The notes beneath the pieces are model-generated. The model searched no databases. It was not told where the DNA came from and saw nothing but the letters and a program-made list of their open reading frames with translations. Source: Camelus ferus (Eukaryota). Taken from it: a stretch of 64,000 nucleotides of DNA. Position numbers and translations under genes: made by a program. Location of the stretch: NCBI RefSeq assembly GCF_009834535.1, contig NC_045696.1, positions 55,182,001 to 55,246,000 on the forward strand. Direction: 5' to 3'. Below, piece by piece: positions 60,430 to 64,000 of this stretch (its first letter is position 1; every line of letters begins with the position of its first letter).

Positions 60430-60940
60430 ACCTTCTTTTTGTTTTAATTGGTTGCAATTTGTTTGCAATTACATGGAAGTTAAGCCAAAAGAGTATATAC
60501 CATAAGGTTGCTGGTTGTCTTATGAAAGCCATGAATAGGAACACAGACAAGGCCCCAAAGCCATCATGTGCGTAGTTCTTCCATCACTGCATGCCTACTG
60601 CTCTCTTCCCTCTGGCCACAGAGAGGCTTCCTCTGCCTCTCAGTTTCTATGACTGAATGTGAACCCTAAAACTTCACAAATTTTATACCTTATACATCAG
60701 GTACCCAAAATGGTAGCTGATCCAAAGCTCTATGGTTGTCACAAACGCAAATTCCGCAAATTCCTTTGGAAGGAACTATGCCCCATTCAAATGCAATTTG
60801 GACCAGACAAATGTGGCCAAGGATCAGGATCCCATTATATTAACACTGTTCATCCCACAGTAATCATCGAAGAAAAAGAAAGGAAGAGAGACATTGTCCC
60901 AGAGAAGAAGGCAGAAGTTCCTGGCAGTGGGAAGAAAGCC
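60430..60940 (-). mobile_element. Old ERVL/MaLR LTR fragment (LTR33/MLT1-like)
   Basis: ttggttgcaa..aagttaagccaaaa..; tttggaccagacaaatgtggccaaggatcaggatc; diverged. Confidence 0.45.
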
Positions 60941-61192
60941 ACAGGGTACTTCTGGACAGAAAATAATAATAAGTCTTCACTATACTTTGGAATGAACGAA
61001 AAGTGGAATTGAAGTCATTTAATGTTTTTCTACCTCTGCAATTCTATCCGTCCAAAGCAAGACTTTATCTATCAATGAACTGAAATTAGTCATGAATTCA
61101 AAAAATTAGTCTGAAAAAATTAAAAATTATGAAAATGACTCACTTATATCTTCAAATTAACAATGAGAAATTTAGCCCTATGAAGACATCTA

Positions 61193-61347
61193 CCATATTT
61201 CATTGATTATACCATGTCATTGTTTTATTTACTAAGAAAGAAAAAGCATGCCAAATGTATTTGTAAGATGTTATCAACTGTAAAAAGTATCCCAATTTCA
61301 AAGATGTTAAATGAAGATATGTGCATCTTCGAGTCGATGAGATATGA
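61193..61347. mobile_element. MER104-like (TcMar-Tc2/Kanga) MITE
   Basis: ta|ccatatttcattgatt ... tatcccaatttcaaagatgttaaa..tgtgcatcttcgagtcgatgagatatga (inverted termini). Confidence 0.7.
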
Positions 61348-61394
61348 AAGATGAGTTTGATGATTCTGTATGCTCTGACATAGGCTCTATGCTT

Positions 61395-61570
61395 TCCTTC
61401 ATTTAACAAATGAGGTTTGGGCCAGTTAGGCAGACATTTAATGAGCATATGATAGATACTGTGATAGACAGAACTGATGCAGAAATGCTTAGGAAATCTT
61501 CTCTGTCTTTCAGAAATTTATAAAATAAGAGGAAAGAGCCATAGAAACAAATAATTACAAAAGACATGCA
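61395..61570 (-). mobile_element. L2 fragment
   Basis: tcatttaacaaat..catttaatgagcatatgatagatactgtgatag..ctctgtctttcagaaatttata. Confidence 0.55.
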
Positions 61571-61599
61571 CATGATAATAAGTATTCTTTAGGGTTCTG

Positions 61600-61905
61600 A
61601 AATGCAACAAGATCCTTCCTACCTTAGGGTCTTTTAATGCTGTTCTTTCTGCCAGGAATCCTTTCACTCCTTTATCTGGCCAACTGCTATTCATCCTTTG
61701 ATCTCATACCCTTCCCTTCCATGAAGAATCCTGTTACTACCTTATAATGGCACAGCTCTTTTCCTTTAAAACTCTTAGTCCTCACTATACCTGAAATCAA
61801 TGTTTGCCTCCCATAAGCTGTAAACTCAATAGGGGTAGAACTTTGACTTGCTCAGTATTGCAGTTCCAGCTTTAGCATGGGAAGGGTATGTTGGATGAAT
61901 GAATA
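61600..61905 (+). mobile_element. L2 3' end
   Basis: cttcctaccttagggtcttt..gctgttctttctgccaggaat..ctattcatccttt..ctgtaaactcaatagggg..tgttggatgaatgaat. Confidence 0.75.
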
Positions 61906-62309
61906 CTTCAACACTTGAAAATTAAATGATTTTATGTTTGTTTTTGGCTTCTCTTCTATCTGGCTGGAGAAATTTCCTGCTCTTTTTCCATGAATACATG
62001 AATGTGCATACTAATGATATGCAAAGATATGTTGGAAAAGTCCCTGTGGAAATTGAGGACAGTAGGCACTAAAAGGGTTCAGACATAGGCAAGATCTCAT
62101 CTTGGTAAGGAGAATTAGGAAAGGTTTCATGAGAACATAGAATCTGATCTAGGCTTTCAGGGATCTTAGTAGGTAAACGTCAGGGGAAGGCATCCCAGAT
62201 ACATATAATAGAATGATTCTGGGCCAAAAGTGGGAAAGATAAAGGCATCTTTGGGGAAAAACTATTAGTCAAGTTTGCAAGTTAGAAAGAGATTGAGGAT
62301 AGATTGAGA

Positions 62310-63168
62310 GAAGAGTTAGATTTAACATTAAGCTAATGATGTTTAAGCTCCAGACCATTCCCATGTCTCACCCCTGCTAAGGCTAGTGAGGTTTCACTCC
62401 ACAGACACAAAGAGGAAGCAGCAGCCTTAGCTGCCGATGGAGACCCTCTCCTGGTGTCCTGGGACTGCACTTACAGAAATACCTCCATATCCACCTGTCC
62501 TCCAGCAAAAATTGTCTCTGGTGGACCTAAAGAGCATCTGGACACCATCTCTGATTCTAAGAAGAAGAGATGTTGCTCTTTGAAATCCAGAAGGAAGGTT
62601 CTGGCAAAAGGATGGGCATTGAATACCTGAGGAGCAAGACCAGCTGCTGCAGCAGCCGCTCTGGGAGCCAAGACAAGAGACATCAAAAGAATAGGCTTCT
62701 CCAAGGCTTGCCCTAAGGTGAGAAGCACCTTCTGAGCAAGATCCCGCAGAGAAAGTTGCAGATGCAGCATTCCCAATTCTGAAACAGAAAACTCATTTTT
62801 AAACAATTACAAATTTCTATCAGCCATGCTGGAGAAGTAAATTTTCTCTATAGAAAATTATATTAAGAAATTACAGTTATATGAAAAGATGATCAAAGAG
62901 CATGCAACCAAACATATAGGGAGAGAGTATTATAGAGGTGTAGTGGGCAGGAAATTAACAATAAGTCATTCTCTTGGATTTTGTGGTGACTGCATTATTT
63001 GTTATCCTTTTAAAAAAATTTATAATGGGTGTGATTTCTTTTCTCATTTAGGATGAGCAAGTGTTCACTTTGCTACCTAACTTTTATTTCATTATTTCAT
63101 ATTTTTCTTAAAGAGGGCTCCAAACATTATCTAAGTTTCAAGTCCCCCAAAGCCTGCATGAGACCCCA
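62310..63168. mobile_element. Zaphod/MER115-type hAT-Tip100 element with unrecognised interior
   Basis: Left end agatttaacattaagctaatgatgtttaagctccag resembles the Zaphod terminus; 62815-63165 follows the other Zaphod end (cagccatgctggag..tctatagaaaat..gatcaaagagcatgcaacc..ttcttaaagagggctcc..taagtttcaagtcccccaaagcctg). Confidence 0.75.
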
Positions 63169-63779
63169 GTTGAAAGTCTTGCCTGACCATCTCAAGGGCT
63201 GAGATTTTATTTGGTCAGGAACAGAGGAGCAGAGAATATGTCCACTAATCAGTTTTCATGCTAATTTGTATAAGAACGAACATAAATCTTTATGTATCAG
63301 TGTTTGCAACTTTATGTTCCACTGACAGTGTTGATAATTACTTGGAAATTAAATGACTTTATTTTTTTAAGTTTTCCCTCTACTTTGTGATTTTGCTGCA
63401 GGAATTTATCTGCTGATTCTCCATTCTGAAACAGAGAGACTTGCCTGTAAAGTATAACTATTCTTCTTGGATCGAAGTTCCTTCCTTAGCATCATGATGT
63501 TGTTAATACATCACATCCATTTTATCCATATCACTTTTCCTACGTTTGGCTACTGGCACAGATTAATAGTTGTCTTTGCATTATGCAGTGGAACTTAATT
63601 TCTATTTGAATGTTTAACACCACTGTAATGATTTTACTGCAATTAAGAATGATAAATGTTTCCCTTCCAGTCTCAAAATCAATATTCACAAAGTGGAGGA
63701 GAAAGGCGGGAATGTGGCGGTTAGCAGAACAGATGGCCTTCAAGGAACTGAGGAAAGATGGAGGAAAGCTGAAAGGCAT

Positions 63780-64000
63780 AAGCATTGATTAAGCACCTAC
63801 TGTGTGCTGGACCCTCTACTAGGTATTTCACAAAATAGAAATGGTAGTAGCAAAAACAGCTAACATTTAGATACTGCACATTTACTCTGACGTCTGTACT
63901 TTCCATACATTTCCTCAGTTGGTCTTCCTACTAATTCTGTAAGTTAAATCATATTTCTATTTCTATTTCTTTTTATGGGTGAGGAATCTGAGGCTCAGAG
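63780..64000 (-). mobile_element. L2 tail fragment followed by MIR (runs off the window end)
   Basis: gcattgattaagcacctactgtgtgctgg; cagctaacattt..ttttatgggtgaggaatctgaggctcagag. Confidence 0.7.

Noticed and set aside
1..64000. A novel multi-gene system (CRISPR-like array, operon, defence locus)
   Set aside because: This is mammalian repeat-rich non-coding DNA. I saw no regularly spaced repeat-spacer array, no long intact ORFs and no recognisable non-TE protein.

Overview
Mammalian non-coding DNA, most likely camelid (alpaca/llama/camel): a tRNA-derived SINE at 48019-48156 and two young L1 3' ends resemble camelid families. I recognise no intact protein-coding gene, tRNA/rRNA gene or CRISPR array. 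The protein-like ORFs are broken pieces of L1 ORF1/ORF2 (~46.6-52.5 kb) and Tigger1 transposase (~57.3-60.4 kb). Much of the window is layered transposable-element debris: L2, MIR, CR1/L3, old L1, MaLR/ERVL LTRs and hAT/Tc-mariner elements, often nested with readable target-site duplications (TSDs). Between these lie islands with no repeat I could recognise, which may be conserved non-coding elements or lncRNA exons. There is a 100-N gap at 35668-35767. I found no convincing new biological system. Best leads: a ~115-bp local inverted duplication inside a MER33; an L1 with a short 3' transduction; a Zaphod-type hAT shell enclosing an unrecognised interior with a consensus-spliced 304-bp open candidate exon; a well-preserved solo LTR; and a CpG-enriched candidate regulatory element at ~13.9-14.3 kb. 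Repeat names come from recalled consensus sequences, not a database search, so subfamily labels and boundaries are approximate.
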